Assembly (NCBI GenBank): GCA_963668315.1
Contig: OY764216.1
Coordinates: 1,056,001-1,120,000, forward strand
Source: Spirochaetia bacterium
GTDB lineage: Bacteria > Spirochaetota > Spirochaetia > DSM-2461
Direction: 5' to 3'
DNA: 64,000 nt
Below the pieces are notes generated by a model that was not told where the DNA came from, ran no database searches, and saw nothing but the letters and a program-made list of their open reading frames with translations. Below, piece after piece: positions 16,922 to 26,396 of the stretch (position 1 is its first letter; each line of letters begins with the position of its first letter). Made by a program: the position numbers and the translations under genes.

Positions 16922-18328
16922 ATGAAAGGATTGATTAATATACTAACGAGAAAAGCGGCTCTGGCGGTTTTGCTCCTGGCTCTGGTTTCGGGCGCCGCCT
17001 ATTCCCTGGCCTCCGGAGAGACCGGACAGGGGTCATCTGACCGGGGGCCGGAGATCGTTTCCCTGACCCTGGATAACGGCATTCCCCTGTTCGTGCAGAA
17101 GAGCGAGACCAGCAGCGTGCGGGCCCTGAAGCTCTATCTCAAGGGACAGGCCCAGTACGGGATCGAGGGGAAAGAGGGTATTGAGAAGCTGACTCTGAGT
17201 CTCCTGGCCCACGGTTCGGAAAACTACAGCTGGGAAGAGGTCCAGACTATCCTCCATGAGAAAAGTTCCGCCGTGGGAGCCTTCGCCGACTATTTCGACT
17301 ACTCCGGTTTCTCCCTTATGACTCTGGATAAGTATTACGACGAAATTTACGATTTGTTTAAGGATGAGCTGCTGAATCCGTCCTGGGATGAGGACGAGTT
17401 CGGGAAAGTGAAAAACAGTCTGCTCATGGCCCGGACGCAAAAGGAGGCCGATCCCTACTCCCTGGCGTCCCAGGTGCTGTCCGACTCCTTTTTCGGTGAC
17501 CATCCCTATCAGACCGATATCGACGGGACTCTGGAAGATCTGGAGGGCATGACGCTGGATGACGTGAAAGACTATTACGCCACGTCCCTTTCGGCCAAGC
17601 GGATTTTCTTCGTGGCCGTGGGCGATTTCGATCCGGCGGCCCTTCGGGAACAGCTGAACGGCGATTTCGGCGGCCTTCCCATGACGGGGGAGGATTTTGT
17701 CCCGGCCGGCCCTCTGGCCCCCCTTGCGGAAACGACGGTGATGACCGAGCCCTTCGCCGATTCCCCCGGCCTGGCCTACGTGCGGGGCAACTGGGTTCTG
17801 CCCGAAATGTCCGCCCGGGACAAGGCGGCCCTGGAGCTGGGGCTGAGCCTTCTGGACGATATCCTTTTCCAGGTGGTGCGGACGGAAAACTCCGCCTGCT
17901 ACAGTGTCTGGGCCAATCTGTACGATTTCCAGGCCAAGTACGCCTGCTTCGGCGTCTATAAGACCCAGGTCCCCTACGAGGTGGATGAGATGATTATGGA
18001 AGGGGTGGATATTCTGGCTTCCGGCCGATGCATGTCCACGTCGCCCAGCGGGGACGATCCCTATGTTCCCATTGAGGACGCCCTGGAGTTCTACAAGGCC
18101 CAGTTCGTGACGAACTATTACACGAATCAGCAGACCAATGCCAGCGTGGCCGACCAGATAGGCAAGTCCTATCTGTACGACGGCGATCCGGCGGCTTACC
18201 GGAGCGAATCGGATCTGTGGGAGAAGGTGACCACCGAAGATATCGTCGACGCCATTAATGCCTACGTGGTGGATCAGCCGATTATGTGGATGGTTCTGGG
18301 AGGCGAAGACGTTATCCGGCAGAACTAG
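16922..18328 (+). CDS. Secreted M16-family non-catalytic subunit
   Basis: LTLDNGIPL, FGDHPY, FVAVGDFD (M16 fold motifs), but HxxEH is absent (GIEKLTLSLL). Confidence 0.82.
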   Translation: MKGLINILTRKAALAVLLLALVSGAAYSLASGETGQGSSDRGPEIVSLTLDNGIPLFVQKSETSSVRALKLYLKGQAQYGIEGKEGIEKLTLSLLAHGSENYSWEEVQTILHEKSSAVGAFADYFDYSGFSLMTLDKYYDEIYDLFKDELLNPSWDEDEFGKVKNSLLMARTQKEADPYSLASQVLSDSFFGDHPYQTDIDGTLEDLEGMTLDDVKDYYATSLSAKRIFFVAVGDFDPAALREQLNGDFGGLPMTGEDFVPAGPLAPLAETTVMTEPFADSPGLAYVRGNWVLPEMSARDKAALELGLSLLDDILFQVVRTENSACYSVWANLYDFQAKYACFGVYKTQVPYEVDEMIMEGVDILASGRCMSTSPSGDDPYVPIEDALEFYKAQFVTNYYTNQQTNASVADQIGKSYLYDGDPAAYRSESDLWEKVTTEDIVDAINAYVVDQPIMWMVLGGEDVIRQN

Positions 18329-18349
18329 CCGTTCCGATCCCGCTCCGGA

Positions 18350-18745
18350 TCAGGTACAAAGGTAGGGGGCGTATTTTCTGTCCGTTACCTGGATGTGTTC
18401 CAGAAGCCAGTCCCGAAGGAACACGAATATTTCCGCCGGAGCGGATTTTTTCCCCTTACGGATTTTCCTTTCCAGTTCGTCTATTTCGCCTATGAATTCT
18501 CTGTGTATCCCGCAGTGGTTTCTGAAGTCCGGATAACCCCTGCTTTCCATGAGGGCCTCTTCGAACTGGAAATGTTTTTCCGCATACTCCCGTAGCTCTT
18601 CCAGCTTTATGATAAAGTGCTCATTCTTGACAAATTTCATCATCATTTCATAGGTTTCATTGAGAATCTGCACCAGATAGCGGTGCTGTTCATCGATTTT
18701 CCCCCCATCCAGATTGAAGGCCGGCTGCCACTGTATATATTCCAT
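18350..18745 (-). CDS. Bacteriohemerythrin
   Basis: IDEQH, HFQFEE, YP...H..IH, WLLEHIQVTD di-iron ligand pattern. Confidence 0.92.
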   Translation of the reverse strand: MEYIQWQPAFNLDGGKIDEQHRYLVQILNETYEMMMKFVKNEHFIIKLEELREYAEKHFQFEEALMESRGYPDFRNHCGIHREFIGEIDELERKIRKGKKSAPAEIFVFLRDWLLEHIQVTDRKYAPYLCT

Positions 18746-18791
18746 GGGGCGAGTTTAGCATAGAAAAAACGGAAATTTAACAGACCGGTTC

Positions 18792-18841
18792 TTGACTTGG
18801 ACTCTTTTCTGTTTTAAATTACCGACAGACAGTCGGTCGGT
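18792..18841 (+). promoter_or_regulatory. Promoter and TetR operator palindrome
   Basis: TTGACT-17-TAAATT(18815-18820) immediately followed by ACCGACAGAC-A-GTCGGTCGGT (9/10 inverted repeat). Confidence 0.75.
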
Positions 18842-18851
18842 GAGGTTGTGG

Positions 18852-19496
18852 ATGAGAGTGGTCAAAGAGGCTGAAGAGAGGAAAAAAGAGATTATGGATG
18901 CGGCGGAGCGCCTTTTTATGGAGAAAGGTTTTGACGGGACCAGTACGAACGATATCCTGGCCGCTGTGGGCATCGCCCGGGGAACCTTGTACCATCATTT
19001 CCCCTCCAAGGAACATATTATGGACGGGATCATTGAGCGCCTGGGAGATAAGATTCTGGAAAATGCCCGCAAGGCCGCGGTCGAGAAGGACCTGCCCGTC
19101 TTCGAGCGGCTGGTTAAGACCATCATGGCCCTGAACGCGGGAGAGGCGGAAAACATCCGGCCCAGCGAGGAAATTATGGAATACATCCACCAGCCTCAGA
19201 ATGCTCTGATGCATCAGAAAATCCGAAAGCTGGTGATTACCGGTGTCCCTCCCATCCTGGCGGAAATAATCAAGGACGGCATCGAAGAGGGTGTGTTCCA
19301 AACCCCCTGGCCTCTGGAGACAATGGAGATGATCGTCACCTATGCGAATACCCTCTTCGACGAGGGACTTTTGGATCTGGATGGGGAGGAGATGATGGGC
19401 CGCATAAGGGCTTTCATCTATAACGCGGAACGGCTGCTCGGGGTGGAGGAGGGGAGCGTTCCCTTCGGCCCGGAGCTCTTTGCCGGCGGAGAATAA
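18852..19496 (+). CDS. TetR/AcrR-family regulator
   Basis: ERKKEIMDAAERLFMEKGFDGTSTNDI...IARGTLYHHFPSKE; ATG 18852. Confidence 0.93.
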   Translation: MRVVKEAEERKKEIMDAAERLFMEKGFDGTSTNDILAAVGIARGTLYHHFPSKEHIMDGIIERLGDKILENARKAAVEKDLPVFERLVKTIMALNAGEAENIRPSEEIMEYIHQPQNALMHQKIRKLVITGVPPILAEIIKDGIEEGVFQTPWPLETMEMIVTYANTLFDEGLLDLDGEEMMGRIRAFIYNAERLLGVEEGSVPFGPELFAGGE

Positions 19497-19500
19497 AATC

Positions 19501-20790
19501 ATGGAAAAGTCCTTTGGCAAGTTTATGATTATCTGGTCGGGGGAGCTGGTCTCCGCCGTGGGGACGGGGATTTCCGCCTTCGGGATCGGAATATTCGTGT
19601 ATAAGCTGACGGGCCGGGCATCGGCTACATCCCTGGCGGCTCTACTGGCTTTTCTTCCGGCCCTGCTGCTCAGCGTTCCCGCCGGTGTGCTGGCCGATCG
19701 TTTTGACAGAAGGCTGATTATGATTCTGGGAGACGGGCTTTCGGCCCTGGGATTGCTCTTTATCTATGCCTGTCTGAATCTGGGACATATCCGGCTCTGG
19801 CAGATCTACCTGGGGCTGGGAATCAGTTCGGTCTTCGCCTCTCTTATCGAACCGGCCTATAAGGCTACCGTTTCCGACCTCCTGAGCGAGGAGAATTACG
19901 CCCGGGCCAGCGGACTGGTTCAGGCAGCCGGTTCGGCGAAGTTTCTCATCTCCCCGGTCATCGCCGGATTTCTTCTGACCCGGACCGACCTGAGGCTGCT
20001 CCTCCTTATCGACATGGCCACGTTCTTCCTGACCATCCTCACCACCATGACCGTGCGGAAGGGACTCCCCGTAAAGGAGAGGCCCCATCAGGCAGGAATG
20101 AGGGAGGAAATCAAGGAGGGATGGGCCGCCCTTTCAGCTCAGAGGGGGATCATGGTTCTGCTTTTTCTGGGCTCGGCCATCACCTTCTTTCTGGGGTTTA
20201 TCCAGACTCTCTCCACCCCCATGGTCATTGTCTTTTCGGACAGCGCCTCCCTGGGCTTGATAGAGACGATAGCCGCCTCGGGAATGCTGGTTTCCAGCCT
20301 TGCCATCGGGATATTCCCCTTGAAAAGGAACTATGCCCCCATCCTGGCTTTTTCCCTTTTTCTGACGGGACTCTTCATGGTCCTTTTCGGATTACGGGAA
20401 AATCTCTTTCTCATAGGTCTGGGGGGATTCCTCTTCTTCGCCACCCTGCCCTTTGCCAATACCTGCCTGGACTTCCTGCTGAGAACCAACATCGAGAACT
20501 CCCTTCAGGGGAGGGCCTGGGGCATCATCGGCCTCATTTCCCAGTTCGGCTATGTGCTCTCCTTCGCTCTGGCAGGACCGCTGGCCGATTATCTCTTTAC
20601 CCCGCTTCTTCTGCCGGAGGGTCCTTTGGCTCCCTCGATCGGGCGGATTCTGGGGACCGGTCCGGGAAGGGGAACGGGATTGCTGATCGTGATCTCAGGC
20701 CTGCTTTTAAGCTTGACCGCCCTGGTCCTCTCCCGTATGAAATCCATAAACGCCCTGGAAGGGGATAAGGAAATGAAACATGCTTCATAA
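19501..20790 (+). CDS. MFS efflux transporter (DHA3/macrolide-like)
   Basis: About 12 TM; GVLADRFDRR motif A; QGRAWG. Confidence 0.88.
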   Translation: MEKSFGKFMIIWSGELVSAVGTGISAFGIGIFVYKLTGRASATSLAALLAFLPALLLSVPAGVLADRFDRRLIMILGDGLSALGLLFIYACLNLGHIRLWQIYLGLGISSVFASLIEPAYKATVSDLLSEENYARASGLVQAAGSAKFLISPVIAGFLLTRTDLRLLLLIDMATFFLTILTTMTVRKGLPVKERPHQAGMREEIKEGWAALSAQRGIMVLLFLGSAITFFLGFIQTLSTPMVIVFSDSASLGLIETIAASGMLVSSLAIGIFPLKRNYAPILAFSLFLTGLFMVLFGLRENLFLIGLGGFLFFATLPFANTCLDFLLRTNIENSLQGRAWGIIGLISQFGYVLSFALAGPLADYLFTPLLLPEGPLAPSIGRILGTGPGRGTGLLIVISGLLLSLTALVLSRMKSINALEGDKEMKHAS

Positions 20791-23095
20791 AATCATCCTG
20801 AACGATCTTCGGCGCAACGGTGTCGTCTCGGGAATCACGATTCTTTTCACCGCCGCCGCTGCCTTCCTCCTGGCCCTCTCGGTCCTGCTGGCGGTCAATC
20901 TATTCGGCGCCATCGACACTCTCATGGCCCGGGCCCGGACCCCTCACTTCATGCAGATGCACAGCGGGGGGATAGACCGGGACAGAATGGCCGCCTTTGC
21001 CGAAGAGGAGGGAAATGTGGAGGCCTGGCAGATTGGGGAGTTCCTGAACTGGGACAGCGCCGATCTGATTTTAGGAGATCTCTCTCTGGGCGGTTCCATA
21101 CAGGATAACGGCTTTACCGTGCAGAACGGCCGCTTCGATTATCTCCCGGCCATGGACGGTCCCCTCCCCTTTCCTGCTCCGGGAGAGGTCTATCTGCCCC
21201 TCAGTCTTATGAAGGAGGGGGCCGCCCGGGAGGGGGATACTCTCCGGGCGGGGGGAATGTCCTTTCGGGTGGCCGGTTTTATCCGCGATTCACAGATGAA
21301 CTCCACCCTGGCATCTTCCAAGCGCTTCCTTATAAATCCGGAGGATTTCGAAGCCCTCCGGCCGGGCGGAATCCTTGAGTATCTCATCGAGTTCCGCCTG
21401 AAGGATCCGGAGCTTCTTAACCAGTTCCAGAACGACTACCTGTACGCCGGTCTGGAAAATAACGGGCCGACAGTGACCTGGGGGCTCTTCCGCCTTATGA
21501 ACGCCCTCTCCGACGGGCTGATGATCGCCGTTCTCCTGCTCGTCAGCCTCTTGGTAACGGCGGTGGCTTTCCTGTGCATCCGCTTCTCCCTTCTGGCTAA
21601 AATTGAGGAGGACTACCGGGAGATCGGCATCATGAAAGCGGTGGGGCTGCCCTCTTCGCGGATCGGCGGAATCTTCCTGTCCAAATACCGGATCCTTCTT
21701 CTGCTGGGCTGCCTTGCCGGCTACGGCCTCTCCCTGCTGCTTCAGGATATCTTCCTCAGGAATATCCGGCTCTTCATGGGAGAGGGTGAAGGCTTTGGCG
21801 CATCCCTCTGGGGGATACTGGGCGGGGCCGCGGTTTATCTGGGGGTTATCCTTTATGTGAGGAAGCTGCTGGGAAGAATCAGAAACATTTCCCCCGCCCG
21901 GGCCCTCCGCTTTGGAACCTCCCCCGGGGGAGAAGGGAAGGGCCGGTCTTTGCGCCTTTCGGTCCGCTCCTTTCCCGGGGTGAATCTTTTCCTGGGAATC
22001 GGGAGTGTTCTGGCCGAGAAGAAGCTCTACCTGACCATGTTCCTCGTTTTTATCGCCGCTTCCTTTATCATGATCGTGCCCCAGAACCTCTCTTCCACCA
22101 TCGGCTCCCGGGATTTCGCCTCCTACATGGGAATCGGTCTGTGCGATATACGAATCGACATAAGGCAGACCGGCGATATCGGGGCGAAATCCTCGCTCCT
22201 GGCCGAACAGCTGGGCAAAGACCGGGATGTGGCCCGTTACGCCCTTCTTACCACCCGGGCCTACAAGGCGGAAACGGGAGAAGGGACCGGGAGCAATCTC
22301 AAGGTGGAACTGGGCGATCATACCCGGTTCCCCGTCCTCTACACCAGGGGAAAGGCGCCGGAAGGGCCGCAGGATATCGCCCTTTCCTCCCTTGAGGCGG
22401 AGGAGCTGGGCCTGGCGCCGGGGGATAGTCTTACCCTGTATATCCGGGGGAGAGCGGTACCCCTGAGAGTCTGCGGGACCTACTCGGATATAACGAACGG
22501 AGGCATGACGGCCAAGGCTTCCTTTACGGATGATTCGGCCGATATCATGTGGGCCCATCTGTGCGTGGATCTGAACGACAGGGCGATCATCCCCGGGAAA
22601 ATCGAGTCACTGGAAAAAGCCTATCCCTTTGCCAAGGTGACAGATCTGGAGGGCTACATCGCCCAGACCTTCGGTTCCACCATAGAACCGGTGCGCCGCG
22701 CTTCCCGCATGGCCGTACTGGCCGCACTGGTCATAGCGGCGGCCGTGACCGGTCTGTTCATGACCATGCTTACCGCCCGGGATTCCCGGTCCATCGCCGT
22801 TCTCCGGGCCATCGGCTTTACCGGCGGGGATATCCGCCTGCAGTACGCCGCCCGGACCGTCTTCGTCCTGCTTCTGGGGGGCGCGGCCGGAACGGTTCTG
22901 GCCAATACCCTGGGAGAGAGCCTGGCGGGGGCGATCATCTCCTCTCTGGGGGTAAGCGCTTTCCGGTTTACCGTCAATCCCGTCATGGCCTACCTGGTCT
23001 ATCCGCTTCTTCTGATTCTGACCGTCTGCCTGGCTACTCTCGGAGGAGCGGCCGGGACGGGTAAAATGAAAATATCCGACTACATAGGGGAGTAA
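20780..23095 (+). CDS. ABC transporter permease, double FtsX-like
   Basis: Two FtsX repeats (EDYREIGIMKAVGL; SIAVLRAIGF) with large extracytoplasmic loops. Confidence 0.88.
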   Translation: MLHKIILNDLRRNGVVSGITILFTAAAAFLLALSVLLAVNLFGAIDTLMARARTPHFMQMHSGGIDRDRMAAFAEEEGNVEAWQIGEFLNWDSADLILGDLSLGGSIQDNGFTVQNGRFDYLPAMDGPLPFPAPGEVYLPLSLMKEGAAREGDTLRAGGMSFRVAGFIRDSQMNSTLASSKRFLINPEDFEALRPGGILEYLIEFRLKDPELLNQFQNDYLYAGLENNGPTVTWGLFRLMNALSDGLMIAVLLLVSLLVTAVAFLCIRFSLLAKIEEDYREIGIMKAVGLPSSRIGGIFLSKYRILLLLGCLAGYGLSLLLQDIFLRNIRLFMGEGEGFGASLWGILGGAAVYLGVILYVRKLLGRIRNISPARALRFGTSPGGEGKGRSLRLSVRSFPGVNLFLGIGSVLAEKKLYLTMFLVFIAASFIMIVPQNLSSTIGSRDFASYMGIGLCDIRIDIRQTGDIGAKSSLLAEQLGKDRDVARYALLTTRAYKAETGEGTGSNLKVELGDHTRFPVLYTRGKAPEGPQDIALSSLEAEELGLAPGDSLTLYIRGRAVPLRVCGTYSDITNGGMTAKASFTDDSADIMWAHLCVDLNDRAIIPGKIESLEKAYPFAKVTDLEGYIAQTFGSTIEPVRRASRMAVLAALVIAAAVTGLFMTMLTARDSRSIAVLRAIGFTGGDIRLQYAARTVFVLLLGGAAGTVLANTLGESLAGAIISSLGVSAFRFTVNPVMAYLVYPLLLILTVCLATLGGAAGTGKMKISDYIGE

Positions 23096-23098
23096 ATT

Positions 23099-23851
23099 AT
23101 GGAAAATCTGATCAAAGCAGAGAATATTGTCAAATCCTTCGGGAAGAAGGAGCGTAATGTCATAGATGACCTGACCCTGGACATTGGAAAAGGGGAATTT
23201 ATCGCCGTAATGGGACCCTCCGGTTCGGGAAAATCCACCCTGCTCTATGCCTTGAGCGGAATGGATCCGGTTCAGAAGGGCCGGGTCAGTTTTATGGGGA
23301 AAGACCTCTCCCTTCTCTCTGAGAAGGAGAAGGCCGAAATGCTCCGCACGGGCATGGGATTTGTCTTCCAGCAGCCCACCCTGCTTAAGAATTTGAACAT
23401 TCTGGACAATATCATGCTTCCCGCCTGCCGCAGGGGCGGGGAGAAACGGGAGATAATTGCCCAAAGGGCCCGGGCCTACATGGAAAAGACCGGAATCGGC
23501 GGACTGGAAGACAGGGAGATCACCCAGGTCTCGGGGGGGCAGCTCCAGAGAGCCGGCCTCTGCCGGGCGCTTATGAACAACCCGCCCATCCTTTTCGGCG
23601 ACGAGCCTACCGGGGCCCTCAACTCCCGCACGGTGGAAGAGGTCATGGACCTCTTTTCCCTCATTCACGCAGAGGGCCGAACCGTCTTTCTCGTGACCCA
23701 CGATGCCCGCGTCGCCGCCCGGGCGGAGAGAGTTCTCTTCATGGCCGACGGAAAAATCGTCGAGGAGACGGCCCTGCCCGCAATGGGAGGGGGAACCCGC
23801 GAGGACAGGGTGGGACTCATAAGAAAAAAAATGGAAAAAATCGGCATATAA
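23099..23851 (+). CDS. ABC ATP-binding protein (LolD/MacB-like)
   Basis: GPSGSGKST, VSGGQLQR, DEPTGALN, VTHD. Confidence 0.92.
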   Translation: MENLIKAENIVKSFGKKERNVIDDLTLDIGKGEFIAVMGPSGSGKSTLLYALSGMDPVQKGRVSFMGKDLSLLSEKEKAEMLRTGMGFVFQQPTLLKNLNILDNIMLPACRRGGEKREIIAQRARAYMEKTGIGGLEDREITQVSGGQLQRAGLCRALMNNPPILFGDEPTGALNSRTVEEVMDLFSLIHAEGRTVFLVTHDARVAARAERVLFMADGKIVEETALPAMGGGTREDRVGLIRKKMEKIGI

Positions 23852-23920
23852 TAGGGCTGTTTTTTTCAGAAATATTTGAAACCGGAACAAATATCCCTTT
23901 AAATGAATTAAGGGGTATTT

Positions 23921-26173
23921 ATGAAGATCCGTTCAAAATTAATTTTATCCATTTTAATACCGGTTATTCTTTTTGTATTGGCCGGCATAGCTTTTATTGG
24001 AACCATGGCAACGAAAACGCTGAGGGAAGATGCCTTTCTTCTGGCGGAACAGTATTCCATCTCCGCCTCGGAAGAAATAGGGAATTCCATGGATCTGGCT
24101 GTCGGCGATATTCTGCAGCTGAGAAATATGGTGGAGCATCTAAAGGATAGCGGTTATACCGATAGGGATATACTTCCGGGGTTACTGGAATATAAACTGC
24201 AGACCCATGGGGATTTTTTCTCCTACTGGATTCTGTTCGAGCCTGACGGATGGGACGGAAGGGATGCCTTCTTCGCCAACAAAGATGACTATGACGAAAC
24301 GGGTAACTATGCGGTCTGGGCCTACCGGGACGAAGGGGCGGTCAATGTCACGACCGAAGCCTGGGGGGTGGAATCCTATGGGGAGGATTATTACGCCATT
24401 CCCAAGAGAACCGGAAAAATCTATATGGCCGAACCCTATGAGGAGGAAGTGGAAACGGGGGTCTGGGTCAGCATGATCTCCCTATCCATTCCTATGAGAG
24501 ATAAGGACGGCGTTATCTACGGGGTGACGGGGATTGATATATCCCTTGATTTTCTGAATAGCGTCATTGGCCAGACCGACAGCTATACCAAAGGTTTCGC
24601 CACCATTTCCAATAAGGAAGGACTCATCTATGCCGATTCGGACAAAACCCGTGTCGGAGGGTATATCTCCGATACCAGCACCACAGATGCTGTCAGCGCC
24701 GCGTCCCGGGCATTCAGTTCGGAAAGTCCGGTGAGGTTGACATCCTACTCCGAAATTTATCAGACCGATTATATTCAGCTTTATTCAGTTATCGAATTTG
24801 AAGCCAATATCGATGACTGGCTCTTTATCGTCTCCATTCCCGAGGAAATCATAATGGATGTCCCTCTGAGTATCATCAGGAATATCGGCCTGATCGGAAG
24901 CGGTGTCCTGATTATTCTCGCCGTCATTATCATTATGATTTCATCGGGATTATCCGGCAGGATCAATACTCTTCTGAATAATCTTGTCTCCGTCTCCCAG
25001 GGGAATCTTTGCGTTTCCATAGGCTGGAAAAGGGATGATGAAGTAGGCTATCTGGCGGCGGGATTGAACAGTCTGGTTGTCAATCTGAATGAGAACCTCA
25101 GGGAAGTGATGTCGCTCATCAGGAACCTTCAGGAAACGGCCATAGAGCTTTCCCGGTCTATCGGGGAGACGAACCTTCTTTTTGACAGCTCCGATAAATC
25201 CATTGAAAAGTCCATCTCCGCCGAAAGAGATATCAGGGGCAGTATCAATTCCACCATCTCTTCCATCAAGGATATCACCGAGAGCCTGCGGAGCCTGGAA
25301 GGAAATGTGAACTCCCAAACGGCGACGATCATGGAGTCGGTCGCTTCCATAGAACAGCTCCTGGTCAATATTAATTCCACCGCCGATCTGGTTTCCGAAT
25401 CCCGGGGCTACTATACGGCGCTTACCGATAAATCGGGAATAGGCGAAGGGCTTCTGAATGATGTGATTAAACAGATCGCCAGCATCCAAAGCCAGTCAAA
25501 CGATCTGCTGGAGACAAATACAATCATCGCGGGGATCGCGTCTCAGACAAATCTTCTCTCCATGAATGCCGCCATTGAAGCCGCCCACGCCGGGGAAGCG
25601 GGAAAGGGATTCGCCGTCGTCGCCGATGAGATCAGGAAACTTTCTGAAGAAACCGCCCATAATTCAAGGGACATAGATAAGATACTGAGCGGCATCGTTG
25701 AAACGATCGAGAACGTCGCCCGTTCATCCGAGAGGGTGGGGAGCAATTTCGTGGAGATTCTGGACCTTATCCATGCCGTTTCCGGCAAAGAACAGAAGAT
25801 CAATTCGACACTGCAGGAGGAGAGCACGGGAAGCAAGGTCCTGCTGGAATCGCTGAATGGCATGAAGGACAGCACGATTCAGCTTCAGAGGGAGACCAAA
25901 CAGATTTCAGATTTCGCGGAAAAAATCTTTTCGGAGACGGGTAACCTTCAGAAAAATACGGACAATGTGAAAGAGGCCATCGACGTCATTTACAAAAATA
26001 ACCGTGAAGTTCGGGCCGCGATAGGAACCGTGGACAATCTTACCGAAGAAAACAACCGCAAGGTGGATACGGTGGAGAAGGGACTGGCTTATTTTACCCT
26101 GAAAGATGAAGAGGACAATTGCGGGGAGGCGGCTCTCACGGAAGGGAAGCAGGAGAGCGATTCCCGGAAGTAG
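23921..26173 (+). CDS. Methyl-accepting chemotaxis protein (Cache, HAMP, MA domains)
   Basis: Two TM; Cache-like YY..P..TG....EPY; HAMP RDDEVG.L; IASQTNLLSMNAAIEAAHAGEAGKGFAVVADEIRKL. Confidence 0.95.
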   Translation: MKIRSKLILSILIPVILFVLAGIAFIGTMATKTLREDAFLLAEQYSISASEEIGNSMDLAVGDILQLRNMVEHLKDSGYTDRDILPGLLEYKLQTHGDFFSYWILFEPDGWDGRDAFFANKDDYDETGNYAVWAYRDEGAVNVTTEAWGVESYGEDYYAIPKRTGKIYMAEPYEEEVETGVWVSMISLSIPMRDKDGVIYGVTGIDISLDFLNSVIGQTDSYTKGFATISNKEGLIYADSDKTRVGGYISDTSTTDAVSAASRAFSSESPVRLTSYSEIYQTDYIQLYSVIEFEANIDDWLFIVSIPEEIIMDVPLSIIRNIGLIGSGVLIILAVIIIMISSGLSGRINTLLNNLVSVSQGNLCVSIGWKRDDEVGYLAAGLNSLVVNLNENLREVMSLIRNLQETAIELSRSIGETNLLFDSSDKSIEKSISAERDIRGSINSTISSIKDITESLRSLEGNVNSQTATIMESVASIEQLLVNINSTADLVSESRGYYTALTDKSGIGEGLLNDVIKQIASIQSQSNDLLETNTIIAGIASQTNLLSMNAAIEAAHAGEAGKGFAVVADEIRKLSEETAHNSRDIDKILSGIVETIENVARSSERVGSNFVEILDLIHAVSGKEQKINSTLQEESTGSKVLLESLNGMKDSTIQLQRETKQISDFAEKIFSETGNLQKNTDNVKEAIDVIYKNNREVRAAIGTVDNLTEENNRKVDTVEKGLAYFTLKDEEDNCGEAALTEGKQESDSRK

Positions 26174-26250
26174 TTCGTCCTGTTTATGCCAAACGGCATA
26201 TATCCGGCTCCCCCTTTTATGGGTAAACTTGAGTAAAAGGGGAGGATAAT

Positions 26251-26337
26251 ATGGCTATCATTCTAGTTGTTGTATTATGTGTTTTTTACGGGGTGTTTTT
26301 TGCCAACGAGGTTTTGACCCGTAAAAAGAGAAAGTAG
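26251..26337 (+). CDS. Small hydrophobic membrane peptide (28 aa), type I toxin-like
   Basis: Not in the ORF track. AAGGGGAGG-ataat-ATG; MAIILVVVLCVFYGVFFANEVLTRKKRK*; SD paired in hairpin 26208-26244. Confidence 0.6.
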   Translation: MAIILVVVLCVFYGVFFANEVLTRKKRK

Positions 26338-26358
26338 TCAGGCGTTGCTTCCCACGCT

Positions 26359-26380
26359 CCGGGAGACCCAAATCTCCCGG
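26359..26380. terminator. Hairpin between convergent genes
   Basis: CCGGGAGA-cccaaa-TCTCCCGG, 8-bp stem; no U-tract. Confidence 0.45.
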
Positions 26381-26396
26381 ATGACAGTGGTATCGA

